DNA of 64,000 bases, taken from Mustelus asterias (taxonomy: Eukaryota). Within the stretch, counting starts at the first letter, position 1. Each line of letters opens with the position of its first letter. A model generated the notes under the pieces. It was not told where the DNA came from. It did no database searches and saw only the letters and a program-made list of their open reading frames with translations. Shown piece after piece: positions 1-13,066 of this stretch. Both the position numbers and the translations under genes were made by a program. The stretch is from NCBI RefSeq assembly GCF_964213995.1, contig NW_027590117.1, positions 3,162,001 through 3,226,000 of the forward strand. Direction: 5' to 3'.

Positions 1-1020
1 TCTCGACCATTTCTACTTCGTCCCCGTTAATGTAGACAGGGGCATGTTCTCTCTTATGCTTCCTGAAGTAGATGACAATCTCCTTCATTTTGTTGACATT
101 GGGGGACAGATTATTGTCACTGCACCAGTTCACCAGATTCTCTATCTCGTTCCTGAACTCTCTCATCATTGTTTGCGATCCGGCCCACTGCGGTGGTGTC
201 GTCAGCAAACTTGAAAATCGAATTGGAGGGGAATTTGGCCACACAGTCACAGGTGTCTCAGGAGTATAGTAGGGGGCTGAGAACACAGCCTTGTGGGGCA
301 CCAGTGTTGGGGATGATCGTGAAGGAGGTGTTGTTGCTTATCCTTTCTGATTGTGGTCTGTGGGTTAGGAAGTTCAGTATCCAGTCGCAGAGAGAGGAGC
401 CGAGGTCCAGGCCACGGAGTTTGGAGATGAGTTTTGTAGGAATATTGGTGTTGAAGGCTGAGCTGTAGTCAATAAATAGAAGTCTGCTGTCAGTGTCTTT
501 GTTATCGAGGTGTTCCAGGGCTGAGTGCAGGGGCAGGGAGATGGCGTCTGCTGTGTCCTGTTGCGCTGGTAGGCGAACTGTAGTGCATCCAGATAGTCTG
601 GGAGGCTGGAATTGATTTGTGCCATGATCTTTCAATGCACTTCTTAATGATGGATGTCTGAGCCACTGGATAATGGTCATTGAGGCACGCTGCTTAGCTT
701 TTCTTTGGTACTGGGATGATGGTCGTCGTCTTGAAACAGGTAGGGACCTGAGATTGTTGGAACAAGAGGTTGAAGATGTCTGCGAATGCGCCCGCCAGCT
801 GATCCATGCAGGATCTGAGTGCTTGTCCGGGTACCCCATCCGAGGCAGTCACTTTCCTTGGGTTGACCTCTGAGAAAGCTGCTCTGACATTTGCAATGGT
901 GACCTCAGATACAGATTCATCTCAGGCTTCCAGGGTGGAGCGCGTGCTCTCGCTGACCTCTTGCTCAGAGCGGGCACAGAATGCATTGAGCTCATCAGGG
1001 AGGCATGCGTTGGAGCCGGT
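1..1020 (-). mobile_element. Degraded Rex1/Babar-like non-LTR retrotransposon RT fragment
   Basis: ORF 258..839 carries RT motifs '[13 protein letters not shown]' and 'GAPQGCVLSPLLYS'; broken by frameshifts; same family as 2190..5030. Confidence 0.75.
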
Positions 1021-1059
1021 GATTTTTGTTCTTTCTCTAGATATTCCTCTTTTCCACTT

Positions 1060-1735
1060 CTATATAATGGTGCCCATCCCCCTGCCAGTTTAGTTCAAAC
1101 CCTCCTCGTCCACATGAGTGACCCTCTCCATGAGGACACAGGCATTGAGTACAGAATCATGCAAGTTATGCTGAGCCTTTCGAAAACTCTGATTGGATCA
1201 CAGCTGAAGCATTGAGTCCAGTTCTGCTCAGCACACTTGAGGAAACGTGACGGTGGTTCAGCGGGTGCAGAGGAGATTGACCAGAATGGTTTCAGCAATG
1301 AGGGATTTTAGCCACAAAGTTAGGTTGCAGAAGCTGTGGTTGATCTTTTTTGGAGCAAAGCAGATTGAGAGAGAGATCTGATAGAGGTGGACAGGATTAT
1401 GGCTGGTGTGGTTCAGGTAGACAAAGAAAAGTTGATCCCATTCACTGATAGTATTAGGACTAGGGGGCACAAGTTGAAGGTTTTGGAAGAGACACGGGGG
1501 GATGTGTGGAAGAACTTCTCATGCAGCGAGTGACAACCTGGAAGTTGCTGTCTCTGAGGTTGGAAGCCGAGACGATGAATTATTTCAAAGAGGAATTTGG
1601 AGGGCCATTTGAGGGAAATAAACTTGTCGGGCGATGGGGATAGAGCAGGAGAATGGGACTGACTGGATTGCTCCACGGAGAACCAGCATGGACTGGATGT
1701 GGCGAATGGCCTCCTTCCATACGGTAATGACTCTA
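1060..1735 (+). mobile_element. Degraded CR1-like LINE 3' end
   Basis: Remnants of CR1 ORF2 C-terminus (ccagttctg..cac, actagggggcac) and 3' tail 'gaatggcctccttcc'. Confidence 0.55.
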
Positions 1736-2189
1736 ATTCCAGTCTCCCCTGGTTGTCTGTTATTGGACAGTGAAGATTGGAAGCAGAGGCAGACAGTCAG
1801 GATGTGGGGAGTTAGACAAAGAGCAGCTCTTGCAGGCACCAGGTGAGAATGAGGATGGACACATTTTAAACAGAGACTGTTTGGTTTTGATTACGATCTG
1901 GTTAATCACACGGGAGCAATGAATGGAAATATGAACATTACAAATGTCCCTGCTCCATCCGGTTATCCCATTCATGGAACAGTGCAGGGTTTCAGTTCTA
2001 TCTGAATGTCATTGAATTGTCGTAGCACCTACCGCCACTGATCATGCATCTCGTACACAGACACTGAGGCCTGCAGTCACACATTGACAATGTTTGTATC
2101 ACTGGGGTTCCTTTGTGGATGTTCATTATGATTATATACTGAGATTTATAAATTACTAAAACTGCTCTTTTAAATTTATTTGCAAGACC

Positions 2190-5030
2190 AGAGATCCTCT
2201 GACCTCGGAAGGGAGACCCCGACCTGGCAGTGACCCGGAGAACCCGAACACGTGAACCCAGCCGTGACCCCAGAGACCCCATCCACCAACCGGTCTTCAA
2301 CCCGTCCATGCCAGAGTGTGGTGTGAACACCCTCCAAACTCAAACCGCAGCCCGACAGCGACCCGGAACTCCCAACCGCTCAGACCCGACTGCCGACGCA
2401 GGAACCGTGACCATGGCAACAAATCCTCCACCCACACACCAACCAAAGCGGAAACAGGATACAGCTACACCCTTGATCCCACAGACTAAACACCGTCTCA
2501 CAGGCACGACAGGAAGCAGCCACCCCAGGAAGCGTGGGAAACGCGCAGGCTTGCAGGTGAGACTGAAACAATGTGGTTCCAAGGCCCCCCTCCCCAGCTT
2601 ACTCCTGGCAAATGTTCCATCTCTGGAACACAATCTAGATGAACTTAAAACCAGACTCACTTTTCAAAGGGAACTGAGAGACTGCTGTGTGCTCTGTTTC
2701 ACGGAGACACAGACCACACCTGCTTCACCGGACAGTGCCCTACAACCTCAGGGCTTCTCCATCCACCGAATGGACCGTACAGCGGCCTCAGATAAGCACT
2801 TGAATGAGTACGTCACTACAGTAACTGACTTCCTTAGTCATTGCATAGAAGACTGAGCCAAAGAAGCAAATCCATGTTTTTCCCAACCGGAAAGCATGGA
2901 TGAACAGGGATATCCACTGCTTCCTGAAGTCCAGGTCCGAGGGGTTCCAGTCAGGGGACCCTGAACTGTAAAGAAATCCAGATGTGACCTACAGGGAACC
3001 ATCAAAGATGCCAAGTGCCAGTACCGGACCAAGCTAGAGTCCGAGGCTCGCCACATGGACTCCCACCGTTTATGGTAAGGTCTGAAAGGCATAACAGGCT
3101 ACCAGATGAAGGCATGTCGAATTGCCAGCGACAATGCCCCTCTCCCCGATGGGCTCAATGCATTCTATGTCTGTTTTGAGGAAGAGAGAGGATGCCCTCC
3201 ACTCTGAAAGCCTTGGCCGAACCTGTATCCGAGGTCACCATCACAGACTTCAGATCAGCCTTCTTGAAAGTTAACCCGCGGAAAGCGACTGGCCTGGATG
3301 GGGTGCGGGGACAGGCACTTAGATCCAGCGTGGACCAGCTGGCAGGGGTATTCGCAGACATCTTTAACTTCTCCTTTCACCAATCTGAGGTCCCTATCTG
3401 CTTCAAGAAGATGACATCATCCCTGTACCAAAGAAAAGCCAGGCATCGTGCCTTCATGACTATTGCCTGGTAGCTCTGACATCCATCATTATGAACTGCT
3501 TCGAAAGGTTAGTCATGGCACGGATCAGCTCCAGTCTCCCAGATTGCCTGGATCCACGACAGTTCACCTACTGCTGCAACAGGTCCACAGTAGATGCCAT
3601 CTCCCTGACCGTACACTCAACCCTGGAACACCTAGATAACAAAGACCCATGTCAGATTCCCATTTATTGATTACAGCTCAGCCTTCAACACCATTATTCC
3701 TACAAAGCCCATCTTCAAACACCATGGCTAGGGCTTGGTTCCTCCCTCTGCGACTGCATCCTAGACTTCTTAACCCACAGACCGCAATTAGTAAAGATAA
3801 GCAACGACACCTCCTCCATGATTATTCTCAACACCAGTGCCCCACACAAGGCTGTATCCTCAACCCCTGACGATGCTCCTTATACACTTATGACTGTGTG
3901 GCCAAATTCCGCTTCAAATCTATTTTCAAGTTTGCTGATGATACCACCATAGTGGGTCGGATCTCAAACAATGATGAGACGGACTATAGGAATGAGATAG
4001 AGCATCTGGTAAATTAGGGCAACGACAATAATCTCTCCCTCAATGTCAACCAAACAAAGGGGATTGTCATTAACTTCAGGAAGCATCGTGGAGGACATGC
4101 CCCTGTCTACATCAATGGGGGTGAAATGGAAATTGTCGAGAGCTTCAGGTTTCTGGGTGTCGAGATCATCAATAACTTGTCCTGGTCCTTCCACGCTGAC
4201 ACTACAGTTAAGTAAGACCTCTAATTTCTCAGGAGACTAAGGAAATTCAGCATTGCCTGTGTGGAGTTTGCACATTCTCCTCGTGTCTGCGTGGGTTTCC
4301 TCTGAGTGCTCCGGTTTCCTCCCACAGTCCAAAGATGTGCGGGTTAGGTTGATTGGCCATGCTAAAATTGCCCCTTAGTGTCCTGAGATGTGTAGGTTAG
4401 AGGGAAATGTGTAGGGATATGGGTAGGGCCTGGGTGGGATTGTGGTCGGTGCAGACTCGATGGGCCAGATGGCCTCTTTCTGCACTGTCGGGTTTCTATA
4501 ATTTCTATGATTTCCGCTATGACTCTCACCAAGTTTTTCAGATGCACCAAAGAAAATACCCTTTCCAGATGTATCACAGCTTGGTATGGCTCCTGCTCTT
4601 ACCAAGACCGCCTTAAACTACGAACAGTTCTTATAGTAGTGCAGTCCATCACACAAATCAGCCTCCCATCCATTGACTCCGTCTGCACTTCCCATCACGC
4701 CAGAAAAGCAGCCAGCATAATCAAAGACCCCCATGCACCCCGGACATTCTCTCTTCCATCTTCTTTCAACAGGAAAAAGATACAAACATCTGAGATCATG
4801 TACCAACCAACTCAAGAACCGCATCTTCCCTGCTGCCATCAGACTTTTGAATGGACCTATCTTATATTGATCTTTTGCTGCAGACTAGTTATGAATGTAA
4901 CACTACATTCTGCACTCTGTCATTTCTTTCTCCCCATGTACTCTATGAATGGTATGCTTTGCTTGTATAGCGCACAAGAAAAAATACTTTTCACAGTATG
5001 CCAATACATGTGACAACAGTAAATCAAATT
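2190..5030 (+). mobile_element. Rex1/Babar-like LINE, internally deleted and frameshifted (APE + RT + 3' tail)
   Basis: ORF 2230..2856 has APE motifs 'LPSLLLANV..SL..LDEL' and 'CVLCFTET'; RT remnants near 3900-3950 (FADDTT-like); 3' tail 'catgtgacaacagtaaatcaaat'; SINE nested at 4256..4516. Confidence 0.8.
4256..4516 (+). mobile_element. HE1/V-SINE-like SINE, 5' truncated
   Basis: V-SINE-type core 'tgtgtggagtttgcacattctcc...gtttcctcccacagtccaaagatgtg' plus CR1-like tail and (tttctatga)n end. Confidence 0.8.
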
Positions 5031-6149
5031 GAACAAGGGCTGTGTATTATTCCCTCACCTGTAATTGGGTTACAATGAGTAAATTATTCCTGACAGGCAA
5101 ATCATTGAACCAATCAATGTTAGTTTGAAGTTTCCTCACTTGAGTTGCAATGAACAGTGCAGTGAGCTCCTCACACACATTATGTCTGTTCTCTCTCAGA
5201 GTGCATCAGTTCCACAGTCTCAGGCAGCAGAACCGGTTGCAGAGACACATTTTCAATCCAACAATCAATCAGAGCAGGAGAGACAGACATTGTTTCCATG
5301 TCATCCCAAGTCAGTACCACTGACAGGGAGATACATAAATCCCAGTCCAAATTCTCACCCGCTATCAGATTGTCAGTGTGTCAGTCCTACAATATTGTAG
5401 CATTAGTTGCAATTCAATTAAATACCAGATAGAAATAAATGATTGTATAATCTGAGACACACACTGATTATTATAATAAGGATACATATAAATTGGTACA
5501 AACTGAGATACAGATCACATAGCTGACTTAAAGCCTCAGACGTGTAGGGCAGAAATTGTAATAATTCTCACAGTCAAACTGAGCTCAACATTCAAGTATA
5601 AAGTTCTCCCAAACACAGTGAATGATAAAGGAATCAATTTGATTATTAAAATGTGAATTACACTTCCCTTTACTTAACAAGGGCGTGTTAGATGAAAAGA
5701 TGCATGATCCTCCACAATTGTGCTCACACAAAGTGATTTAATACAAGGCAAAAATTAGATTTTTTTTGGAAAAAACCTACAGCATCAATGGCCTGTTTCT
5801 GCACTGAAATTTCAATGTGGAATGAATCCAGACTGTTAAACTGTCCCAGAGCCTTCGGTTATGTAATGAATCCCACACTGTCAGAGTAACAGTGACTGAC
5901 AGATTCAGAATCATTCTCCAGCACATGTCCATTACCAGACACTGACAGATACAGACTGTTACTGAACTCACTGACAGCACCTGAGCCTGATCCTGAACGA
6001 CACTAATCAGTCTGACACACAGATATGGTACTACTAATAGAGTCCAGAAATCATCACAAACCCACACAGACTGATGAATGTGCCAGACGACACACCCCAT
6101 ATTAAAGAAAGGGAGTTACGGACCCACATTTTCTTACATATTTTCCACA

Positions 6150-7075
6150 TTCCCATAGTGGTCGCTGCATATTTATCCACATTATACCACATCTGCCATG
6201 CAGATGCCCACACACACAGCCTGTCCAAATCACGCTGGAGGATCTCTGCATGCTCCTCACAGCTCACCCTCCAACCCAATATTGTATCATCTACATGTTT
6301 GGAGATAATACATTTAGTTCCTGTGTCCAAATCATTAATATATAATATGAACAGTTGGGGTCCAAGCACAGATCCCTGCGGTACCCCACTAATCACTGCC
6401 TTCCAATTGGAAAAAGACCCATTTATGCCATCTCTTTGCTTCCTGTCTGCTAACCAGCTTTCTATCCATCTCAAGACGCTACCCACAATCCCATGTACTT
6501 TAATTTTACATAGTAGAAGGGTGGCACGGCGGCACAGTGGTTGGCACTGCTGTCTCACAGCGCCAGGGAGCCGGGTTAGATTCCTGGCTTGGGTCACTTG
6601 TAGAGTTTGCATGTTCCCTCTGTGTCTGCGTGCGTTTCCTCTGGATGCTCTGGTTTCCTCCCACAGTCTGAAAGGCATGCTGGTTAGTTGCATTGGCCAT
6701 GCTAAATTCTCTCAATCTACCCGAACAGGTGGCAGAGTATGGCGACTGGGGGATTTTCACAATAACTTCATTGCAGTGTTAATGTAAACCTACTTGTGAC
6801 ACTAATAAACAAACTTTAAACTTTATAACTTAAAACCGTTATGTAAGACCTTGTCCAAAGCCTTCTGAAAGTCGAAATAAATCACATCCACCGGTTCTCC
6901 CTGGTCAACTCTACTAGTTACATCCTCAAAGAATTCTAGTAGTTTTGTCAAGCATGATTTCCCTTTTGTAAATCCATGCTGACTTTATCTGATTAGAACA
7001 CTGCTTTTCAAACGCTTGATAATGGACTCCAGCAACTGCCCTACGACCGACGTTCAGCTCACTGGTCGTTGGTTC
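6150..7075 (-). mobile_element. CR1-like LINE RT fragment with nested SINE
   Basis: ORF 6034..6693 '[22 protein letters not shown]...HVDDT'. Confidence 0.75.
6519..6825 (+). mobile_element. tRNA-headed V-SINE-like element with alternative 3' tail
   Basis: Head 'gggtggcacggcggcacagtggttggcactgc', V core, tail 'aacttcattgcagtgttaatgtaaacctacttgtgacactaataaac'; a second copy lies at 35102..35358 (-). Confidence 0.7.
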
Positions 7076-7254
7076 CCTCTTTCCTGTAACACTACATTCT
7101 GAACTCTCTCATTTCCTTCTCTATGAACAGTATGTTTTGTCTGGATAGCGCGCAAGAAACAATATGTTAATACATGTGACAATAATAAATCAAATCAAAT
7201 CAAATCCTCTCTACTTCTGATTTTGAATACAGGGCTTAAATTAATTACCTCTCT

Positions 7255-7410
7255 ATCCCCTGAAGGTGCTGACTCTGGCTGGGTTCAGTTCTACACTCAC
7301 TGGTTCCTCTCTCTCCTGAAGGTGCTGACTCTGGCTGTGTTCAGTTCGACACTCACTGATTCTTCTCTCTCTCTCTCCTGAAGGTGCTGACTCTGGCTGG
7401 GTTCAGTTCA
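7255..7410. repeat. Short tandem repeat, ~3 copies of a ~60-bp unit
   Basis: 'cctgaaggtgctgactctggctgggttcagtt' occurs three times. Confidence 0.85.
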
Positions 7411-7521
7411 GACGCTGGAAATCTGAAATGAAACAGAAAAGAAAGCTCTGCAGATTGTGCAGCATCTGTCTACAGAGAGAAACAGAGTTAGTTTTTCAGG
7501 TCTGTGACCTTTCATCAGAAC
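7410..7521 (-). mobile_element. Short interspersed repeat with degenerate minimal hammerhead motif
   Basis: Minus strand 'gttCTGATGAaaggtcacagacctGAAAaacta'; related pieces at ~13155..13250 (+) and ~34550..34625 (-). Confidence 0.5.
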
Positions 7522-8150
7522 TTGGAAACACAGAAACTCGGAACAGGAGTCGGCCATTCAGGCCTTTGAGCCTGTTGCATCATTCAATGTGGTCATGTCT
7601 GATCCTATATCGCAATTCCATATTCTCAGTTTTCCCCAATACCCCTTGATGCCATTAAAATCGAAAAAATTCTCTCTCTCCTTGAATATATGCAGTGACT
7701 TGGTCGCCACAGCTTCTGTGGTAGAGAATTCCACAGGTTCTAAGTGAAGAAATCTCTCCTCATCTCATTTCTAAATGGTGAACCTTGTATCCTAAGACTG
7801 TGTCCCCTTGTTCTACATTCCCCAACCAAGGAAAACATCCTTCCTGCAGCTAGTCTGGGCAATAAATACTGACCCAGACAGCGACACTCACATTCCATGA
7901 ATGAATTCAAAGACAAACTGTGGGGAGCGGGCCTCAGAGTGTTTAACAGTTACTGAGGTGAAAAACTGTAACGAACCCCCTGGCATCCGGAGCAAAGGCC
8001 GGAAAGAGTAAAACATTCCGTGCTGGGACCTTACAGTTGGTAAAGGTTTTGTCCTGTGAATGTGTAGGTGTGAATTTTGTGGAAGAGAGAGTGTATGAAA
8101 GGAGCGGGCGGGTCAGACTAATCCAACTGTGTTTGTGTGTCTGTTCTGAT

Positions 8151-8497
8151 CATAGAAATCATAGAAACCCTACAGTGCAGAAGGAGGCCATTCGGCCCAT
8201 CGAGTCTGCACCGACCACAATCCCACCCAGGCCCTACCCGCTAGTCCCTTTTTTTACCCGCTAATCCCTCTAACCTACGTATCCCAGGACTCTAAGGGGC
8301 AATTTTTAACCTGGCCAATCAACCTAACCCGCACATCTTTGGACTGTGGGAGGAAACCGGAGCACCCGGAGGAAACCCACGCAGACACGAGGAGAATGTG
8401 CAAACTCCACACAGACAGTTTCCCGAGCCGGGAATCGAACCCGGGACTCTGGAGCTGTGAAGCAGCAGTGCTAACCACTGTGCTACCGTGCCGCCCC
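8151..8497 (-). mobile_element. Full-length HE1/V-SINE-like SINE
   Basis: tRNA-like head with A/B boxes (tagcacagtgg / gggttcgattccc), V core, CR1-like tail, short atcat duplication at the ends. Confidence 0.9.
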
Positions 8498-8830
8498 ATC
8501 ATGAGATCTCCGAGTTTCTCTGGTGTAAAATAAAACGATTTTCAATCAAAGATTCCCCCCAATCCCCCTGCTGAGCTCCAAAATGAGATTTCAAGGCAAT
8601 TGTTTCGGTAAATTGAAGATTTCAGTGGAAAAGTAGAGAATATGTCAGCTATCGCGTGTGAGAGCGCAATCAGTGCAGCAGTAAAACGGGTTTCAGTGGA
8701 AAATGGAGTTCTCAGTTCGAGTGAAACCTTTTCAACAGCAAACATTCGTGTGTCAGAGACATGAAGGATGTGAGCTGGATCTCTGGAGAGGCGGAATTTC
8801 ATTGCAAGGGGAGAGTTTGTGAGGAGAGAG

Positions 8831-8903
8831 AAACACAGAGAGGCTGGAGGAGCCGGGAGCTGACAGCAGCTTGTCTCTGCTCCGTCCGCTCTCTGCCTTT
8901 AAG
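8831..8903 (+). promoter_or_regulatory. Histone H1 promoter (H1/AC box AAACACA, TATA-like ctttaag)
   Basis: AAACACA at 8831..8837, ~150 bp upstream of the ATG; TATA-like element at ~8897. Confidence 0.5.
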
Positions 8904-8979
8904 TTGCTCTGTGCCGCCACCACTGGGTTCATTTCGGATCCAGTTCTGACTCACACAGATTTTCCACACCCTCTCGGAT

Positions 8980-9645
8980 ATGACTGAAACTGCAGCCGCC
9001 GAAACGGCTCCTCCAGCCGCTCCCGCTCAAGTGAAGTCTCCCAGGAAGAAGAAGGCGGCTCCCCGACCTGCGGCAGCCGGTCCCAAGTTAGGCGAGCAGA
9101 TCCTCAATGTTGTGGCGGAATGCAGCGATCGCAAGGGGATGTCCCTGGCCGCGATAAAGAAAGCTTTGGCTGGCAGCGGAGTGGATGTGGGGAAGCGCGG
9201 CTCCCAGATCAGGTTAACTATCAAGAGGAAGGTGGAGAAAGGCTCTCTGGTGCAGACAAAGGGACAGGGCGCCTCCGGCTCCTTCAAACTCGCTCAGAAG
9301 GAAAGCCTGGGGAAAATGGGAAAGAAGTTGAAGAAACCAACAGCCAAGAAATCTTTAGTAAAGAAAACAGCGGCCAAGAAGGTGACAACAAAGAAAGCAG
9401 CAGCCAAGAAACCCGCAGCCAAGAAACTCGCAGCAAAGAAAACTCCAGTGAAGAAATCAACAGTGAAGAAAACAAGCAGCAAGAAGGCGGCAACTCCAAA
9501 AAAGGTGGTGAAGAAAGCAGCCCTGAAGAAAAAGTCTCCTGTGAAGAAGGTGACGGGCGGAAAGTCTGTCAAAAAAGCGACTAAATCGAAGGCCAAACCC
9601 AAAGTGAAAGCAGCAAAAGCGAAGAAAGCGTCAGGAAAGAAGTGA
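8980..9645 (+). CDS. H1: Histone H1 (replication-dependent), 221 aa
   Basis: Globular domain 'RKGMSLAAIKKAL...LVQTKGQGASGSFKL', K/A/P-rich tail, intronless, 3' stem-loop. Confidence 0.97.
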   Translation: MTETAAAETAPPAAPAQVKSPRKKKAAPRPAAAGPKLGEQILNVVAECSDRKGMSLAAIKKALAGSGVDVGKRGSQIRLTIKRKVEKGSLVQTKGQGASGSFKLAQKESLGKMGKKLKKPTAKKSLVKKTAAKKVTTKKAAAKKPAAKKLAAKKTPVKKSTVKKTSSKKAATPKKVVKKAALKKKSPVKKVTGGKSVKKATKSKAKPKVKAAKAKKASGKK

Positions 9646-9681
9646 AACAACCCGAGCAAATTGTAAACCTCTGAACCCAAA

Positions 9682-9722
9682 GGCTCTTCTCAGAGCCACC
9701 CACATCTCTCAGGAAAGAGCTG
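9682..9722 (+). terminator. Histone 3' stem-loop and histone downstream element (H1)
   Basis: GGCTCTTCTCAGAGCC at 9682..9697, then ACCCA; AAAGAGCTG at ~9714..9722. Confidence 0.95.
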
Positions 9723-10163
9723 ATCCCGCAAGAAAATGATTCCTGTCCCGCAGCCCGGCTCGTTCTCAATAGAGATCATTTCAAATTCAGACTAAAGCAA
9801 AACACAGCAGATGCTGAATTTCATTTGAATTTCACATTTGTTCAATCGCCACTTTCTCTCATAATAAAGATGTCTGGTAGATTCAGTGTGAGACAGTAAC
9901 ACTGGCGGCTAAAAAGCGCTTTCCAACTTCAATTTTAACACAGGAGATTTCTCCAAACAGCTGCAATAAGGTATTTGTAAACAGCTGGAAGCGGATGTGG
10001 GTGAGGATGATACTGAGGGAGATTCTTGCTGTGTTTAGGTCGGAATATTACTGACTGGGAATTATAACGGGATGTGGAGATGCCGGCGTTGGACTGGGGT
10101 AAGCACAGTAAGAAGTCTCACAACACCAGGTTAAAGTCCAACAGGTTTATTTGGCAGCAAATA

Positions 10164-10200
10164 CCATAAGCTTTCGGAGCAATGCTCCTTCGTCAGATGG
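10164..10200 (-). ncRNA. Minimal type I hammerhead ribozyme in 3' pLTR
   Basis: Minus strand CCAT-CTGACGA-AGGAGC-ATT-GCTCC-GAAA-GC-TT-ATGG: complete core, stem I, stem II and palindromic AAGCTT stem III. Confidence 0.85.
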
Positions 10201-13029
10201 AGTGGTCTCTGTTCTCAAACAGGGCACAGACACAGAAATCAAATTACAGAATACTGATTAGAATGCAAATCTCTACAGCCAGCCAGGTCTTAAATGCACA
10301 GACAATGTGGGTGGAGGGAGCATTCAACACAGGTTAAAGAGATGTGTATTGTCTCCAGACAGTACAGCTTGTGAAATTGTGCAAGTCCAGGAGTCAAGCT
10401 GTGGGGGTTACTGATAATGTGACATAAATCCAACATCCCGGTTTAGACCGTCCTAATGTGTGCGGAACTTGGCTATCAGTTTCTGCTCAGTGACTCTGCG
10501 CTGTCGTGTGTTGTGAAGGCCGCCTTGGAGAACGCTTACCTGAAGATCCAAGGCTGAATGCCCGTGACTGCTGAAGTGCTCCCCCACAGGAAGAGAACAG
10601 TCTTGCCTGGTGATTGTCGAGCGGTGTTCATTCATCCGTTGTCGTAGCGTCTGCATGGTTTCCCCAATGTACCATGCCTCGGGACATCCTTTCTTGCAGC
10701 GTATCAGGTAGACAACGTTGGCCGAGTTGCAAGAGTATGTACCGTGTACCTGGTGGATGGTGTTCTCACGTGAGATGATGGCATCCGTGTTGATGATCCG
10801 GCACGTCTTGCAGAGGTTGCTGTGGCAGGGTTGTGTGGTGTCGTGGTCACTTGTTCTCCTGAAGGCTGGGTAGTTTGCTGCGGACAATGGTCTGTTTGAG
10901 GTTGCGTGGTTGTTTGAAGGCAAGAAGTGGGGGTGTGGGGATGGCCTTGGCGAGATGTTCGTCTTCATCAATGACATGTTGAAGGCTCCGGAGGAGATGC
11001 CGTAGCTTTTCCGCTTCGGGGAAGTACTGGACGACGAAGGGTACTCTGTCCACCGTGTCCCGTGTTTGTCTTCTGAGGAGGTCGGTGCGGTTTTTCACTG
11101 TGGCACGTCGAAACTGTTGATCGATGAGTCGAGCGCCATATCCTGTTCTTATGAGGGCATCTTTCAGCGTCTGGAGGTGTCTGTTGCGATCCTCCTCATC
11201 CGAGCAGATCCTGTGTATTCGGAGGGCTTGTCCGTAGGGGATGGCTTCTTTTACGTGTTTAGGGTGGAAGCTGGAGAAGTGGAGCATCATGAGGTTATCC
11301 GTGGGCTTGCGGTACAGTGAGGTGCTGAGGTGACCATCCTTAATGGAGATGCGTGTGTCCAAGAATGCAACCGATTCCGGAGAGTAGTCCATGGTGAGTC
11401 TGATGGTGGGATGGAACTTGTTGATGTCATCATATAGTTTTTTTCAGTGATTGCTCACCATGACTCCAAAGGAAGAAAATGTCATCGATGTATCTAGTGT
11501 ATAGCATCGGTTGAAGGTCCTGTGCGGTGAAGAAGTCTTGTTCGAACCTGTGCATGAAGATGTTGGCATATTGAGGTGCGAATTTTGTCCCTATGGCTGT
11601 TCCTTGTGTCTGGATGAAGAACTGGTTGTTGAAGGTGAAGATATTGTGATCCAGGATGAAGCGGATGAGTTGTAAAATTGCATCTGGAAACTGGCAGTTG
11701 ACGGCATTGAGTACTGAGGCCGTTGCAGCAATGCCATCATCGTGGGGGATGCTGGTGTAGAGTGCCGAGACATCCATTGTGACGAGGAGTGCTCCTGGTT
11801 CAACTGCTCCATGTGTGTTGAGTTTCTGTAGGAAGTCCGTAGTGTCGCGACAAAAGCTGGGGGTTCTTTGTACAATGGGTTTCAAGATGCCCTCGACATA
11901 GCCGGAGAGGTTCTCGCACAGGGTTCCGTTTCCTGAAACGATGGGACGGCCGGGTGTGTTTGCCTTGTGTATTTTTGGGAGGCAGTAGAGATCTCCAACG
12001 CGTGGAGTACGTGGGATGAGAGCACGGAGGGTGCTCTGAAGGTCCGGATCAAAGGTTTTGATCAGAGTGTTGAGTTGACGGGTGTGTTCTTTGGTCGGAT
12101 CTGTGGGTAACTGTCTGTAGTGTTCCTCATTGTTCAGTTGTCGGTACACTTCTTTGCAGTAATCCCTTCTGTTCAGTATGACGATGGCCCCTCCTTTGTC
12201 TGCTGGTTTGATGACAATGTTGCGGTTGGTCTTGAGAGCGTGGATGGCGTTGCGTTGTGCTTGGGTGATGTTCGGTGCTGTCTTGTGAGTGCGGCTGATG
12301 AATTTGGTGTTGACGCACCTCCTGATGGCTTGGGCATACATGTCAAGTCGAGGGCAGCGGCCTTCCGGAGGAGTCCAATTCGACTCTTTCCTCTTCGGTT
12401 GCACTGCGGGTCTCTCTGTCTGCTGTTCCGGTTCATTAGCTGTCTCATTGTGTTCGCTGTTGGCCTCTTGGGGTTTGTGGAAGAACTCCCGCAGCCTCAT
12501 TCGCCTGATGAATTCCTCTGTGTCCGCTGCGAGACTGATGGGGTCTATTTTGGTAGTGGGGCAAAAGTTGAGCCCTCGGCTGAGAACTTCGATTTCATCT
12601 GGCTGAAGTGTGTAGTCCGATAGGTTGACAATGGACTTTCCTGCAGTGGTACTGTTTTCTACTGTGATACCGGGGGAGGCTTGGTTGCTGCTGGTGGTGA
12701 TGCCGAGTTTCTCAAGTTTCCTGTTCTTGGTGTGCATGTAGATGGTGTCGTTCCTTTGTCTCGTCTGCTTGGCAGAGTTTCGCAGCTGGTCTGCGTCCTG
12801 AGCGCAGGTTGAGACTATGGATTCGATCTTGGTTTCCAGGCTGCGGCGTTTGCTGTAGAGTTGGTGTATGAGGTGTTTGAGGAGGGTGAGAGAGGTGTGA
12901 CGGCACAGTCTCTCAGCGTAGTCCGTGTTAAAGGTTGACCTGAGTGGGTTCGTGATCCGTAGTCCTTTCGGTATCTTGTCTGCTTTCTTGCATGTTTGTA
13001 GAAACTTGATGTCTGTAACAGAGACCACT

Positions 13030-13066
13030 CCATCTGACGAAGGAGCATTGCTCCGAAAGCTTATGG
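13030..13066 (+). ncRNA. Minimal type I hammerhead ribozyme in inverted 5' pLTR
   Basis: CCAT-CTGACGA-AGGAGCATTGCTCC-GAAA-GCTT-ATGG, identical to the copy at 10164..10200. Confidence 0.85.

Noticed and set aside
7085-7205. Short LINE-tail copies that seem to start at the same point (also ~35641..35775)
   Set aside because: The start points differ on close reading, which fits ordinary 5' truncation
8420-8497. tRNA-like sequences at SINE heads (several copies)
   Set aside because: They are SINE promoter regions followed by the V core and a LINE tail, not tRNA genes
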